This document shows positions 1 through 12,698 of a DNA stretch of 64,000 nt, piece after piece. The stretch's first letter is position 1, and every line of letters starts with the position of its first letter. The notes below the pieces were generated by a model. It saw only the letters and a program-made list of their open reading frames with translations. It was not told the DNA's origin and did not search any database. Position numbers and translations under genes: made by a program. The DNA is from Eledone cirrhosa (taxonomy: Eukaryota), in contig OZ024744.1 of assembly GCA_964016885.1 (NCBI GenBank), forward strand, positions 89,900,001 through 89,964,000. Direction: 5' to 3'.

Positions 1-377
1 CTTTGTTTCTGTGCCTTTCCTTTCTTCTATCCTACGCCATTTTGTTTCTGAAACAAAATGGCGTAGGATAGAAGAAAGGAAAGGCACAGAAACAAAGAAA
101 GGAATCCCCAGTCACTGAAGAGGTCACAGAGTGTGTGACGAAAGGACTATGACTATATATAAACAACTATCTGGTTGTGGAACCAACCAACCAACCAGAA
201 ATTTATAAGTTTGTAGATTTGTAAATTTATAAATTTATAAATATATAATAAATTGAAGTGAAAGCAACTGGTGCGTGTGTTTCTTATTGGCAACATGACC
301 CTCCCAAAGTATAACAATATCGGTTTCAACACACGATTTCAGATAAAGAATCTTGCTAAACAAATTCAGAAACGACA

Positions 378-378
<1 letters not shown>
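1..378 (+). mobile_element. Penelope-like element 3'-end fragment with fold-back arm (family P1)
   Basis: 1-48 is the exact reverse complement of 50-97. A hammerhead-like motif lies at 110-154 and the fragment ends in (TA)n. Reverse-complement copies occur at ~26925-27140 and ~43837-44150. Confidence 0.65.
110..154 (+). ncRNA. Minimal type I hammerhead-like motif
   Basis: AGTCA-CTGAAGAG-GTCACA(gagtg)TGTGAC-GAAA-GGAC-TA-TGACT: stems I and II pair. The copy at ~44047-44092 (minus) has a palindromic AAGTACTT stem III, typical of PLE minimal hammerheads. Confidence 0.6.
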
Positions 379-421
<43 letters not shown>

Positions 422-584
422 ATATAAGATCAAAAGATGGTTAAAGGAGTTCCATGTATTTTATTATGCGCATTTCAAAAACAAACATCATCATGCAATA
501 ATATTTGTGTTTTCATCAGATAAAACAGGAGAACATGATATGAAGGCTAAAAAACACTTGTGGATAGTGCAGTTTTAAATCAAC

Positions 585-644
<60 letters not shown>

Positions 645-674
645 TATAAATATATATATATATATACATATACA

Positions 675-749
<75 letters not shown>

Positions 750-959
750 TAGATACATACACATATATTCCACTCTCCGACCTTAATAAAATTAATGAAA
801 TTTTAGACAATTCAAGGGAAATAACTCACGTTCTAACTATGCGTTATCTTATCTTCTTTTAATTTAAGACAATTGCAGGTTATAATATATATGTATATAT
901 GGATTGTGTAGAGACATGCATAAACGAAATATTACTCATACATACGCCCACACCCTCAC

Positions 960-1755
960 ACCAACAGAATGGCCCGGCGTTGCTCGGGATTTGCTATAGG
1001 GTTCTTATATATTTGATATATATTTATCCTTATCGAACCTCGTGAAATAAATACGTTTGTTTATATTTTGTTATTGTGTATGCAAAAATATCTGTCCATA
1101 AATATATAATTATATATATATATATATATTAAAATAACAGACTAAAGTTTAAGCAAAGAATCACTGCTTTCACCCTTAACGGGATATTCTACCTAAAAGC
1201 AGTATGCAGTACACTAAGACTAATTGATGTAATCTTTGGCCTTGTTTGTTTATATTTTGTTTTTGTGTATGCAAAAATATCTGTACACGAATATCTATAT
1301 TAAAATAACATATTAATGTTTAAGCAAAGAATCGCTGCTTTCAACCTCAACGGGATCTTCTTAAACTAAAAAAAATCAATCTGGAAAACAGGAAGACGAT
1401 ACTTTGGTTCGTGAAGACGTTCCCTGGCATAAGAATATATATACACACACACACACTGATCGCGTCATAATGACGTAATGCAGACAGTCAGGCATACAGA
1501 CAGATATTATGAAGGCGCGACGTCATATCTATGTATCTATCTAAAAAGAGAAAGACTAAGAGAAAGAGAAAGAGAAAGAGATCGCTAAATCGCCTAATCC
1601 GGTCCCTAGGGCATTGAAAATTTGAAAAAATTTTTGCTCAAAACACTTCCGGGGTCATACGAGTTACGTGTATAAAGTTTGAAAAAAACCGGTTGGGTAC
1701 TTCTCGAGTTTTAGGTAAACAGCCACACAGACATCCTCTGTTTTATATATATAGA
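960..1755 (-). mobile_element. Non-autonomous Helitron
   Basis: Minus-strand 5' end TCTATATATATAAAACAGAGG at 1755. The 3' hairpin CCCGAGCAACGCCGGG lies near 970-989 with a degenerate CTAG. Homologous to 45124-45990. Confidence 0.7.
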
Positions 1756-1792
1756 CTAGCAGAAAACCATACGAGGGGCAGTTTTCTGCTAC

Positions 1793-2070
1793 TCTATATA
1801 TCTAAAACAGAGAATGTCTGTCTGTCTATCAGCTCACTAAAACTTGAGAACCATCCAACCGATTGTTTTCAAACTTTAGACATGTAATACTTATGGTCCT
1901 GTGAGTGTTTTGAGCAAAAATTATTTCAAATTTTCAATGCCCTAGGGACCGCATTAGGCGATTTAGCGTTCTCTCTATATAATTCTTAGTCTTTCTTTTT
2001 AGATAGATACATAGATATAACGTTGCACCCTTATAATATCTGTCTGTATGTCTGGCTGTCTGCATTACGA
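1793..2070 (+). mobile_element. Non-autonomous Helitron 5' portion, inverted relative to 960-1755
   Basis: Starts TCTATATATCTAAAACAGAGAATGTCTGTCTG; reverse-complement similarity to ~1480-1755 and ~45770-45990. Confidence 0.65.
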
Positions 2071-2433
2071 TTCCCTCGGCCTCAGTGACCAAAGTCAGTG
2101 GAGAGGGGAAGGTAATGTTTCTGTAGCACGTGTTTTAGCGTCTATTCACTCTCTCTCTCTCTCCCTCTCTCCCTCCCGCTATCCCCCTCTCGTAGTCTGT
2201 CTCTTTCTTTCACTCTCACTCTCTCTCTACACACGTGTTTCCACTGTCGGACAGACAGACAGAGAAATTGCTGGTTATATATATAAGTAGATATTATAAC
2301 CTGCAATTGTCTTAAATTAAAAGAAGATAACAACGCATAGTTAGAACGTGAGTTATTTCCCTTGAACTGTCTAAAATTTCATTAATTTTATTAAGGTCGG
2401 AGAGTGGAATATGTGTGTATGTATATATATATA

Positions 2434-2506
<73 letters not shown>

Positions 2507-2511
<5 letters not shown>

Positions 2512-2692
2512 AACAAGTAAGACCCCGACGGCTGAGCTCAAGCCGTTTCGACGGCTAATTCGAATTAGCCGTCGAAACGGCTTGAGCTCAGCCGTCGGGG
2601 TCTTACTTGTTCCTATTACCCACTCTACTACCCTAAGTATTGAGTACTTTGGTGCGTTATGGTCCACCTGGTTCCTTACCACATTTCCTTCG

Positions 2693-2694
<2 letters not shown>
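2507..2694 (+). mobile_element. Short palindrome-headed element in (TA)n (family H, probably a PLE 3' end)
   Basis: Perfect 110-bp palindrome at 2507-2616 plus an ~80-nt tail, with (TA)n on both sides. Other copies at 42968-43149 (minus) and 49808-50007 (plus). Confidence 0.6.
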
Positions 2695-2726
<32 letters not shown>

Positions 2727-3536
2727 TGTATATGTATATATATATATATATATATATACTAGCAGAAGTGCCCGGCGTTGCTCGGGGCTGAATTGCTTGA
2801 AAGTACTGTTAATGATTGCACTGAATTATGATTATTCAGGCAAAGATTGATATAAGTTTACGCCGAATGAATCTATTTGTAAGTGTATAGAAAGCCCTGT
2901 AAAGGGGTTCTTACCCCCTCGTAGAATGGTGTAAGAATTGAATGTGAGGTTGCCTTGAAAAGGGCCATGTTATTGTTCTCATAATTGTAAGAATTTGATA
3001 GTCGTGGAAGGGGGTGTAAAACGTTCGCAGATGAATAGGGCCTCTTCGTTTTCCACGAACGGCAGGGGAATTAAGTATGGGTAAGTAAATACGGGTAATT
3101 TATAAAATCTAGAACAATAGCATCTACTCATCATATGTCAGACCGGCAAGACTGTAGTGGTGCTGAATAGATGAATCACAACACGTCTGTGGTGGAGATG
3201 TTTTCATTGATCGGCGTTATGAGTAAATTTGTTGTTGTATAAAATGATCTGTTGCTTAGTTTTGAAAGTGTATGTTGCGATCGTGTTGTCGCTGATGTAA
3301 AGTTTAATAGTGAGAGTGTAGATGTAGAGGTAGATGTCTCATGTACGTTGGATATAGAAGATGAGGCTGCTGGTTTGATGACGAATGGATGGAAATAGAG
3401 GTGAACGGAGGACAGGTGTTGGTTAAGTGTGAAGTAATTCCAGGAAACGCCTAAAAATGTAAATGCCATCATAAAAGGGAGTCGTATGTAAGTGAAATAC
3501 TAACGTGTTGTTCCAAAATGATGAAGCGTAGTAATC

Positions 3537-6500
3537 CTATAAAACCTCCTTGTACACAATGTTTTTCGTTTTTCGTTGTGGAACGAACGCGAAAGCATCA
3601 CTGTTGCTGCCAACACGCGAGCAGCCAACGTAAAGCTGACCATGAGAGAAACATGGCTCCCCCAAATGTATTCCCGTCACAGACAGTGTTTGACCCTGCG
3701 CTTTGTTAATTGACATAGCGAAACATGGCCTTACTGGGAACTGGGACCTCCGAAATGTGAAAGGTAGGTCTGCTCCTGATGGGAAAAGATGCATCCTCGG
3801 TATGAGCACAACCTTGCTCCGACCGCACCCTGTGATTATCGTGGCCTCAATCAGATTGGGAGATAAGGACTTAACGATCAAACGTGTGCCATTGCATTGT
3901 TTCGGGGGAACCAAATTTCTAATGAGCATTATAGGGGCACCAACTTTAAGTTTGAGAATGTGTGGTGGTAGTCCGGGGGGGTTCAAAGGAATTGAGTACC
4001 TCTATTGGATAGTTGATGATGTCCTCTGGGTCAGGAGTTGTATCGATAGACTTATATACATAGCCATCCCCAGGAATGAGTTTTAGTATTTGATCATTAA
4101 TATTGTGAACAGTTTTATTCCTCGGGGCCAGAATAGCCCTTTGGCCAATCCAATCCATATTCTGATAATTAGCTTGTAGATCTGGGAACACTGCATCTGT
4201 GAGATCAGAAGGCGTATTAATAATGGTACAAATGGAATCGATGGCAATATTACCATTTTCATCCCCAGTTATTTTGCCTTCGCTAAGTGCAAGGAGGGTG
4301 TGAGAAAATGCTGCTGATGTGATATCACGTCGCATATGAGCACGCATGTTAGTGTTAAGTTTGAGAGTGTTCACCAGTGGCCACAATGTGGATGACTTAA
4401 GACACGCACTTACTGCATCAGCTCTAGTCCCCTTGGGAATAACGGGAAGTGTTTGCCGGAAGTCCCCTGAAAGAAGAAGTGTTATGCCTCCCATGGGAGC
4501 TCTAGAGTGTTTGATGTCTCTGAGAGATCTATCTAGTGCCTCAAGAGCACCTCTGTGGGCCATCGTGCATTCATCCCAAACGATAAGCTTGCATCGTCTG
4601 AATACTTCTGCCTGATCGGAGCTGTTACTGTTGTTGCAAGTTGGTGTCTCAGTCTTCGCTAAGTCAAGCGGGAGCTTGAAAGTGGAGTGAGCTGTCCTGC
4701 CGCCTGGCAACAAAGTAGCCGCAATTCCAGATGATGCCACAGCTAGGGCAATGCCTTGTGTTCGCCTAATCTCAGTCAATATTAATTTGTTGACAAAAGT
4801 TTTCCCAGTGCCCCCAGGAGCGTCCAGGAAAAAAATCCCCCCAGCTTTGGCTCGGACTGAATTAACAACGGAGTTGTAAGCGAACTTCTGTTCTGGAAGT
4901 AGCTTTGGCTCATTCTCGGCTATGTACTGTGCAAGCTCGTCAACATTAAAACATGTCTCACGCAGCAATTCTGAAGACAGTGTTTGTGCGTTCCCGGTTT
5001 GTTGAAGGTAGGCCATATACCGCCAAGGCACTACCGCCCATATCAAGTACAGTATATTCGATTTCAAGCAGCGCCCTGTTGTAAATGAGGTCACTGTACC
5101 CGACCTCCATTGATGGATGTAGCCATTGAGCGTGACGCAGGAAATCTTCAGACATATAATCTTTGTAGGTAAGCCATAAAGAGGCGGGATCAGCCAAGTC
5201 ACACCATAGGAGTAGAATAGCGAAAAGCGATCTGATTTTTTTAGGAGATTTTAACGAAACACCCTCCGCCATAGTGGTGCCCCATTGTGAATCATCCTCC
5301 AAAAGGCCACGCCTAAAGCAGGCTTCCCGGAAAGTATCACATAATTCACCGTCAACAGTTATGATGTCTTGAAAACTGTGTGGGCCTAAAACCTCATGGA
5401 GTAGAAGGCGCAGGTGAAAACACTCATGCTGGTTGGGAGGTACAGTGTACACACTTCCTAGACAACTGTCAAACTTGACACCAGGATGTCCTTCAACATC
5501 CTGACCTGACTTCCTACGCACCCAATTGTTGTTTGACCACACATAGTAGGACGGGACCTGAGGGTATAAAAGTGTTTTGGCAAATGTGTCAATTTGGCAA
5601 AGCCTAAAGAAACAGGTCAAAGTTGTTTGTTTTGGATTTGCCGCCAATTGAGCAGCAGTCTGTTCAGTAAAGTAAGCTCGCTGGCCATTTTCCAAATGAA
5701 CCGCTAGTTGTATGATGGCGGGGTGCCTTTGGTGAAGCGGAAACCCGAATATCCGCCAAAAAGCTTCACCACTGCTTATGTATCAACCTGCCAAGTACTC
5801 CGACACCTCGTCCATGCTATTGTCGTTTTGAAGGCCGAACATAGCAGCGTCAGAACCCTTGTTAACATATTTACATATATACTTTATAGACTTCACTGTA
5901 TGACTGAACTCCACATTTATGTGAGCGTTAAAAGTTTTCATCAGAAATGGACAGTACGGGACTACCCACCTATTATCCACTTGATGACCCCGTAACGTCA
6001 TAGTGAATCCACCATTGTCAGGCTGCCTTCGTCTGTACAGTGGGTATCCGTCGCGGCCGGTCTGGGTCTCCTGCACGAACCTCTTTGGGTATCGTTTAGT
6101 GCACAGATGGTCTTTGTGGCATGAGGAGAACTTTTGAAAACCGGGACCGCACGGACCGTGCACCATGTGTGCCTTGACAATGTCGTACAGCTGCCGGTCA
6201 ACAGTTGGGTCCGGGATTTCTGCTGCGGTGATGTCATCAAGAACTGTCGGGTCTATTTTGTTGACCAACCAAAGCAAAATGTGCGCGTGTGGCAACCCTC
6301 TTTTCTGCCACTCAACAGTATACATGTGGCACTTAACAGGCCCAAAAACCTGCCCTTTTTTTTATTAAATCAATGAGCTTAGCGAGCTTCTGCCTGAAAA
6401 CCCTTGCAATAATATCATGGCGATGGCATTACTGCTGCCCTGGGAGAAGTTCTCGCGTTACCTCAACCCACTTTGGGTTACATGTAAACGTGATGAATAA

Positions 6501-8258
6501 ATCGGGTCGCCCATAATGCCGAACGTAAGTCATAGCGTCTTGTGTTCGCTCGTGCATGTACCGTGGACCCCCTGTATAGGTTGAGGGGAGAATGCACATC
6601 TTGCCGATGTTGCGGGCGTCAGCGTCATTCCTGATGCCGTCACGCAAATGGATGTAGGAGTCTGAGCGCAGCTGCTTCTGATTCAATTTGATGAAGCACA
6701 GTCTCTCGGACTCCATCTTTGCAGCCATGTCAACTGCAAACTGGTGAAACAGTTCCCGTGACCTGTGCAGGGGGCTAAAATCGTTAGGCCTCGTCATGAA
6801 GCGGTATGAGTAGAAAGCCATACATGAAACAGTTTTAGATGTCGCAGCAGTGGGATCGTTTGGTTTGTGGTGAGGAATGCCGACATGGTACCCGTCTTCT
6901 CCGTACGGAAAAAGAAGGGGATACTGCAGGGCGTCGTATGAACGATGCGTCTCATTAATACGTTGAAGACCACTGTCACGGCTTTGAAGAACTATGTCTC
7001 GCTTATTGTGCTGTCCACCATGGAGAACTATGGCTACTTCAGGAGCGTTATATCGGCGTGCGTGCTCCCCAGAAGGTCTTTTGTCAGCATCGATGACAAT
7101 GGTGAAGTTTGGTGAAGGGGCTGTTTCCAAGGCGTATTTGAAACTGTGAATGTAGCTGTTGTGCTCATGAAGCATGTTTTGCAGACTGAGCAGCACGACC
7201 CTGTCAAAATTGTCAGCGTCGGTGTTTGCAGGTGGTGGAATAACGCCGAAACGTACATCAATTTGCGTATTGTAGTTTGAAATGAAGTAAATTTGAAGGA
7301 ACGAAGGTTTGGAATTTTGTAGTGGCTGGAGTGACCCAATGAGGTGGTACACCTGGCCCTGGACCTTGAAAGTAGGCATCCAACCAGTTTCTCTGACAAC
7401 GTTAGCCCCGAAAGAAGTCATCTGAAATGCACGATTGTACTTCCTGATGAGTTGAAGGAATTTTGATGACCTTGAGGTCGAACCAGTAAGTAATTCCTTC
7501 AAAGGGTCTGGCAGCTCCCGAAGAGGGGGCAAGCTGACCTTACCGTTTAAGCAGCACATTGCAGGTGGTTCCCCAGCCCACTTTTTAGCATTGCAGAATT
7601 TGCAATTGAAGCACATTTCCCCAATTTTTATGTCGGTGCGCATCGAGTAATTGAAGTTGGGCTCATACTTGAAAGCCCATAGATGCCAGTAAGGGCTGTG
7701 TGGACTCGTCAGACCGCGGGTAGCCTCGCGCCGTCGACTGTTCCGCTGGAATGTAGAACGTTGCTGGTCTGAGTCGTGGGAAGGTGTCGCATCAGTAGCA
7801 GAAGCGACGTTTGCAATGGTAATGGACCGGCCTTCTGCATCTTGAGAAGGCATGGAAGCAGTGAAAGCCGCCTTGTCCCTATGAAGGTGAGTGGTCGGTA
7901 GTTCGAAACGTTCCGAAAATCTTGAAGCAGTAGTAACCGCAGCGTTTTTAGCCAGTCGAGTGGCCCTTTGTTGTGGGCCCTCTGAAGCCCTTGAAGCAGC
8001 AGCAGCCTTTATAGCCATGCGATTCGACCTTGTTTCTGGACGCTCTGAAGCCCTGGAAGCAGCATCGTATGAAGCCTTTTTTGCTCGGCGTGCGTTGCGC
8101 TGTTGGAAAGTTTCAGCAGCTCGTGATTCCGCTGAACGTAAGGCGCTCTGTGACAGTCTGAAATCCTTTTTGTCGGAGGACTCGTTTGCGGTAATCGCCT
8201 TTTGCACGGCTGCTGCTGCCGTATGGCGGCCGAGGCGACTTCTCTTTTTCGGTGGCAT
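3537..8258 (-). pseudogene. Helitron Rep/PIF1-family helicase (RepHel), split into about 5 ORFs by stops and frameshifts
   Basis: Zn finger CKFCNAKKW..CCLNGKV. Rep motifs PDLFITFTCNPKW, VEWQKRGLPHAHILLW (HUH) and KYICKYVNKG. Helicase motifs [38 protein letters not shown] and [13 protein letters not shown]. Confidence 0.93.
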
Positions 8259-8586
8259 TTTATGTGAAAAATAAAGGGTGAAAGTTACTTAAAGATAGAA
8301 ATTGTAATGTGAATGAAATGTGGAAAAATTTTGACCGTGGAAGGAAAAGAAACAAATATTTGGAGCTGAAAGAAATTGTTTAGGTAAGTATAGCGACAGA
8401 GTGTGTAAAGTGTATTGAAACGTGAGTTAAAAGAAAAAAAATGAAGTGAAATTTGTAAGAAAGGAAGTTGTTTACGTACATGTGAAAATATTTGTGTAAA
8501 GTGTATAGAAACGTAAATTGAAACAAATAAAATGAACTGACATTTTTAAGAAAGGAATTTTTTTATGTACATGTTGCAAATGGCAA

Positions 8587-9035
8587 ATGTTTGTGGTTAT
8601 AAATCCCGCACGTTGTTTAATTGCTTTAAATTTTTTTTTATCAATTTATGTGAGTGTGTGTTTGTATGTGTTTGTAAATAAATCATTAAGTTTGAAGCAA
8701 CTAAAAGTTAGTGTGATTATAAATCACGCACGTTGTTTAATTGCTTTAAATTTTTTTTATCATTTGAAGTGAGTGTAAGAAAGGAAGTTAATGAATAGTC
8801 GTGTTTTTGTGGTTATAAATCCCGCACGTTGTTTAATTGCATAAAAATTTTTTTTATCAATTTATGTGAGTGTGTGTTTGTATGTGTTTGTAAATAAATC
8901 ATTAAGTTTGAAGCAACTAAAAGTTAGTGTGGTTATAAATCACGCACGTTGTTTAATTGCTTTAAATGTTTTTTTATCATTTGAAGTGAGTGTGTGTTTG
9001 TATGCGTTTGGAAATAAATCAGTAAGTTTGAAGTA
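8587..9035. repeat. ~120-bp tandem units in the Helitron 5' region
   Basis: The motif ttataaatc(c/a)cgcacgttgtttaattgc recurs at ~8597, 8717, 8813 and 8933. Confidence 0.8.
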
Positions 9036-9430
9036 TAAAAGAGAAAGTAGCAAAATGTGTGGGTTGTAGATAGAGGTAAGCAGATGATATGAGAGAGTAA
9101 AACGGACAGTATCACCATCAAGCTTGGAAAGAGAAAGTAGCAGAAAGTATGAAGTTGTATAGATTTTGAATGGTAATGGAAAGAGGTCAGTAATTCAAAT
9201 GAGAGAGGTAAATCGTAAAATATTGAGTTTTATCGATTTTTTGCGTAATTGTGGGTGAAATTGAAAAAATTATATGTGCCAAGACCCAATCGAAGCTATT
9301 TCGAATACTGAATTGTAAATTTCAATTGAAGAAATTCTATATCGTAGATTTCTATAACAAAGGTGCATGACCACACACTGAGCTTTGTAGATTATGATAT
9401 ATACTGTATATATATATATATATATATATA

Positions 9431-10047
9431 TATGAATGAAAAATAGAGCGAGAAACGGGACTGTCCATCATCAGTGATCTTCTGACTACCATCGATATTT
9501 CTTCACATTAAAGACCAGATACCTCAAAATCAGTGCGAGCAATAACTAAAATAAGTTATTGGGACAGAGCAAATTGGGTGGAGAAAGAGGGAGAGTAAAC
9601 AAACAAATAGTAATGCAACGTAAAGAGAGGAAATGAGAGACAAGTCAATGATACGTGTGAACTTAAGTTCGACAAAATCAACGACGAGAAGACGGCAGAC
9701 GCGTCCGAACCCTGCGAAATGTGAGCAAGAAAAGGATTTCACACAGGTCAGACGGGAGGAAGTGAAAGAGGGGGAGAAACATAGAGTGAGTGAGTGATTT
9801 GGTCGAACTTAAATTCACATGTATCATTGTCTTGTCTCTCATTTCCTCTCTTTACGTTGCATTACTACTTCTGTTTGTTTACTGACCCTCTTTCTCCACC
9901 CAATTTGCTCTGTCCCAATAACTTATTTTAGTTATTGCTCGCACTGATTTTGAGGTATCTGGTCTTTAATGCGAAGAAATATCGATGATAGTCAGAAGAT
10001 CACTGATGATGGACACTCCCGTTTCTCGCTCTATTTTTCATTCATAT
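9431..10047. mobile_element. PLE-like 3' fragment with ~250-bp inverted arms
   Basis: 9431-9680 is the reverse complement of ~9795-10047 with few mismatches. It carries a CTGATGATGGAC hammerhead 5' half, has TA-rich flanks and is related to ~39130-39600. Confidence 0.65.
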
Positions 10048-10082
10048 GTATCACACTCGCAACAACGCACGCAATTTTTTCA

Positions 10083-10117
<35 letters not shown>

Positions 10118-10169
10118 CTTCTACTATCTATCTATATATAAAAGGATTCTGGAGAAAATCGAGAGGGGA

Positions 10170-11725
10170 CGTTATAGAATAGGTTAATAAATTGAGATTA
10201 GAAGATAATAAATAAATAAAAAAATATATAAAAATATAAAGTTGGATAGTAAGAAGTAATAAAAAATCTCTAGAGTCTAAAACAGCTGCTATATTTAGTT
10301 GGTATTGCGTTTTCGGCCAATGCTATAGAATAGGTTAATAAATTGAGATTAGAAGATACTAAATAAATAAAAAAATATATAAAATTATAGAATTAGATAG
10401 TATAAAGTAATAAAAAATCTCTAGAGTCTAAAACAGCTGCTATAATTAGTTGGTATTCCGTTTTCGACCAATGCTATATATAATTTACTGGGGTGGGGGT
10501 ACTGAGGCTACAAAAGCCCGATGGGCTGCCTCAGGATAGGCGAAAGGGGAAAAGGGAAGAGGATAGGGAGTGGAAGGAAGTGATAGGAAGAGATAAAAGG
10601 AAGAAGAAAATAAAAAGGAAAAGAAAAGAAGTACATCTACCTATGTTAGCTGGGGTTTCCCCTATCTTGTTCGGCAAGTGGAGAAAAGGAGGATGTTGCA
10701 GCCATTGTCTACCCACCCGGGTCATGAGGGGGTTTGAGGGCGAGGTAAGTCCTACGCAATCGGTGTTTGCATGCAGTTACAAGTTCGTCTTTTTTGTTTA
10801 GGAGTTGGTCCTTCGTAAACAGCATTTGTAATGTTTCCTCCGAGCATAAGTTACACGGACGACGTCCTCACGTGTAGGAGTTAGCCGTGGACAGTAATCT
10901 CCAAGTAAGATTGTATATTATGTTATTATCTTGGAGGTCCCAGATGTGGCCCGAAAGTGTAGTGGAATATCGCCGAGCCGGGTTTCGGAACGTATGTCGG
11001 TGTTGGTAGAGCCGGGTCTTAAAGTCACAAACGGTTAATCCTATATAGGCTTTGTTGGAGGTTTCCGTCCTCACGTTGCATTAGTAGATCACGTTACGTT
11101 CTCGGCATCTGTTGTTGAGGGGGAACGTAGATCTATCAGGGCAGTTACACTCCTGGTCGGCTCTCCACTAATGTCTAGGTTGTTTCTTCCATAGGGGTTG
11201 AGTTTCTTGTTGTTTGAGGAGGCCGTGTTTTGTGCAAAGTTGGATGTGGTGCTGTAGGAGAGTTTGATAGTGTTTTTTGCTGATTATGTTGTGATAGCGG
11301 TGTTGTGGTGGGAAGTGTTTTTCGAGGAGCATAAAGACGATTTTCCCGATAGGTGTTGCCACCTCGGCATTGAGGGAAGGGTTGAACCACGTTACGTGGC
11401 GTGAGCGGAGGCGTCACCTGCTGGTTCCGCTAAGGGAAGCTGGCTAAAAGGAGATTTGCTTCCGGAAGCCGCTTCGCTTGAGAGCCTTGTTGTAATGAGG
11501 CTCATGTTCATCGAATATCTGCTCATTAGCGGACAAACGAGATATGCGGAGGGAGATGTTTTTAACCAGATTATTGGTGATGTTTCTAGGATGGTTAGAG
11601 CGGCGGTGGATGTAGTGCAGGTTGACGTTTGGTTTCCTGTATGGGTAGTGCAGATAATTTTCCAGGTTGAGGGTAACGTCCAGAAAATTGACTCGGGTTA
11701 GGGACGTTTGTAGGGTCATTTTAAA
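10170..11725 (-). mobile_element. Penelope-like retroelement remnant (RT C-terminus plus GIY-YIG)
   Basis: NFLDVTLNL..YPYRKPN..YIHRRSNHP (11444-11719) and YIGLTVCDFKTRLYQHRHTF (10868-11074). An ~150-bp tandem duplication lies at 10170-10470. Confidence 0.85.
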
Positions 11726-12249
11726 CCCGGAAGAAGTTGATTAGTAACTAATCAAGTTCAGATTTTGGAAAACATCCTGCCATTATACTCATCAAAGGTC
11801 ATTTATTGAAATGGAACCAGCAGGAGGGCACTTTTACGACCCCTTTCTAAAACATTCCTTAAAACCCCAACACTTCCCAACTCTACTTCTAATCAATTAT
11901 CTTGCTGTCACCATTCACTATTTTATGTATATATATATGCTTTAATCCCTTTAAATCTTCAACATTCCTCCACTCCCACACTCAACAACCCACCCCCACC
12001 CCAGACACACCCAAATCTCTCTTATATAGAGAGTCACACATCACAACACAACCTGAGGTCAGTTTGACAATCGCTACCGACGAATGCGAGAAAGTTATGC
12101 AGAAAAGTTAACCAGGAATTTTTAACGATCTCCCAACCGAAGTTAACAAAGAACTTACTAGATCTACAAAACCAAATTATAAAATTAAAGTATAAAATTA
12201 AATTAAATTGTTTAGAACTACAAGTGAAGTCATTATTTTCGTGTCACAA

Positions 12250-12690
12250 TCATGGAAAGCATATGTTAGCAAGGCAGCAAAGAAGATGGAGAGCAGGAAT
12301 ATCACCTTTCTTTACCCTGTTGACAATTGAGATTTCCCCAGATAGTTGACCATTGAAGGTAACCCAAGCTTTCATATTTCTGTGCAGCTGCTTTAGCATA
12401 CTCACAAACTTGGGTGGACATCCCACTTTTCCAAGTATTATCCAGAGTGCATCTCTGTTAACTGTGTCAAAGGCCTTCTTTAGGTCGACAAAGACTTGAT
12501 ATAGAGGGTCACACTGCTCAATGCATTTTTCTTGTATTTGTCTTACAGAGAGAATCATGTCAACTGTTCTCCTTCCTCTTCTAAAGCTATTCTGAGATTC
12601 TGGGATAGCTATAGGATAGATATCCTCCTCCAATCTGTTGAGCAATAGTCTTGCAAGAACCTTCCCAGCAGCTTCCAACAGAGTGATGCC
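12250..12690 (-). mobile_element. RTE-clade LINE reverse transcriptase fragment
   Basis: PESQNSFRRGRRTVDMI..RQIQEKCIEQ..FVDLKKAFDTVNRDALW..GCPPKF. Confidence 0.85.
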
Positions 12691-12698
12691 ACATACAT

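Larger units (their letters stand above)
2759..9397 (-). mobile_element. Full-length Helitron (rolling-circle transposon)
   Basis: On the minus strand it begins A|TCATAATCTACAAAGCTC at 9397 and ends CCCGAGCAACGCCGGG-CACTTCTG-CTAG|T at 2759. It encodes RepHel. Confidence 0.93.

Noticed and set aside
516-810. YI-, HT-, CV- and MYVC-repeat ORFs here and throughout the window
   Set aside because: They are translations of stop-free microsatellites, not genes.
3176-3472. 98-aa ORF in the Helitron 3' region as a captured gene
   Set aside because: Low-complexity Ser/Thr text with no recognisable motif.
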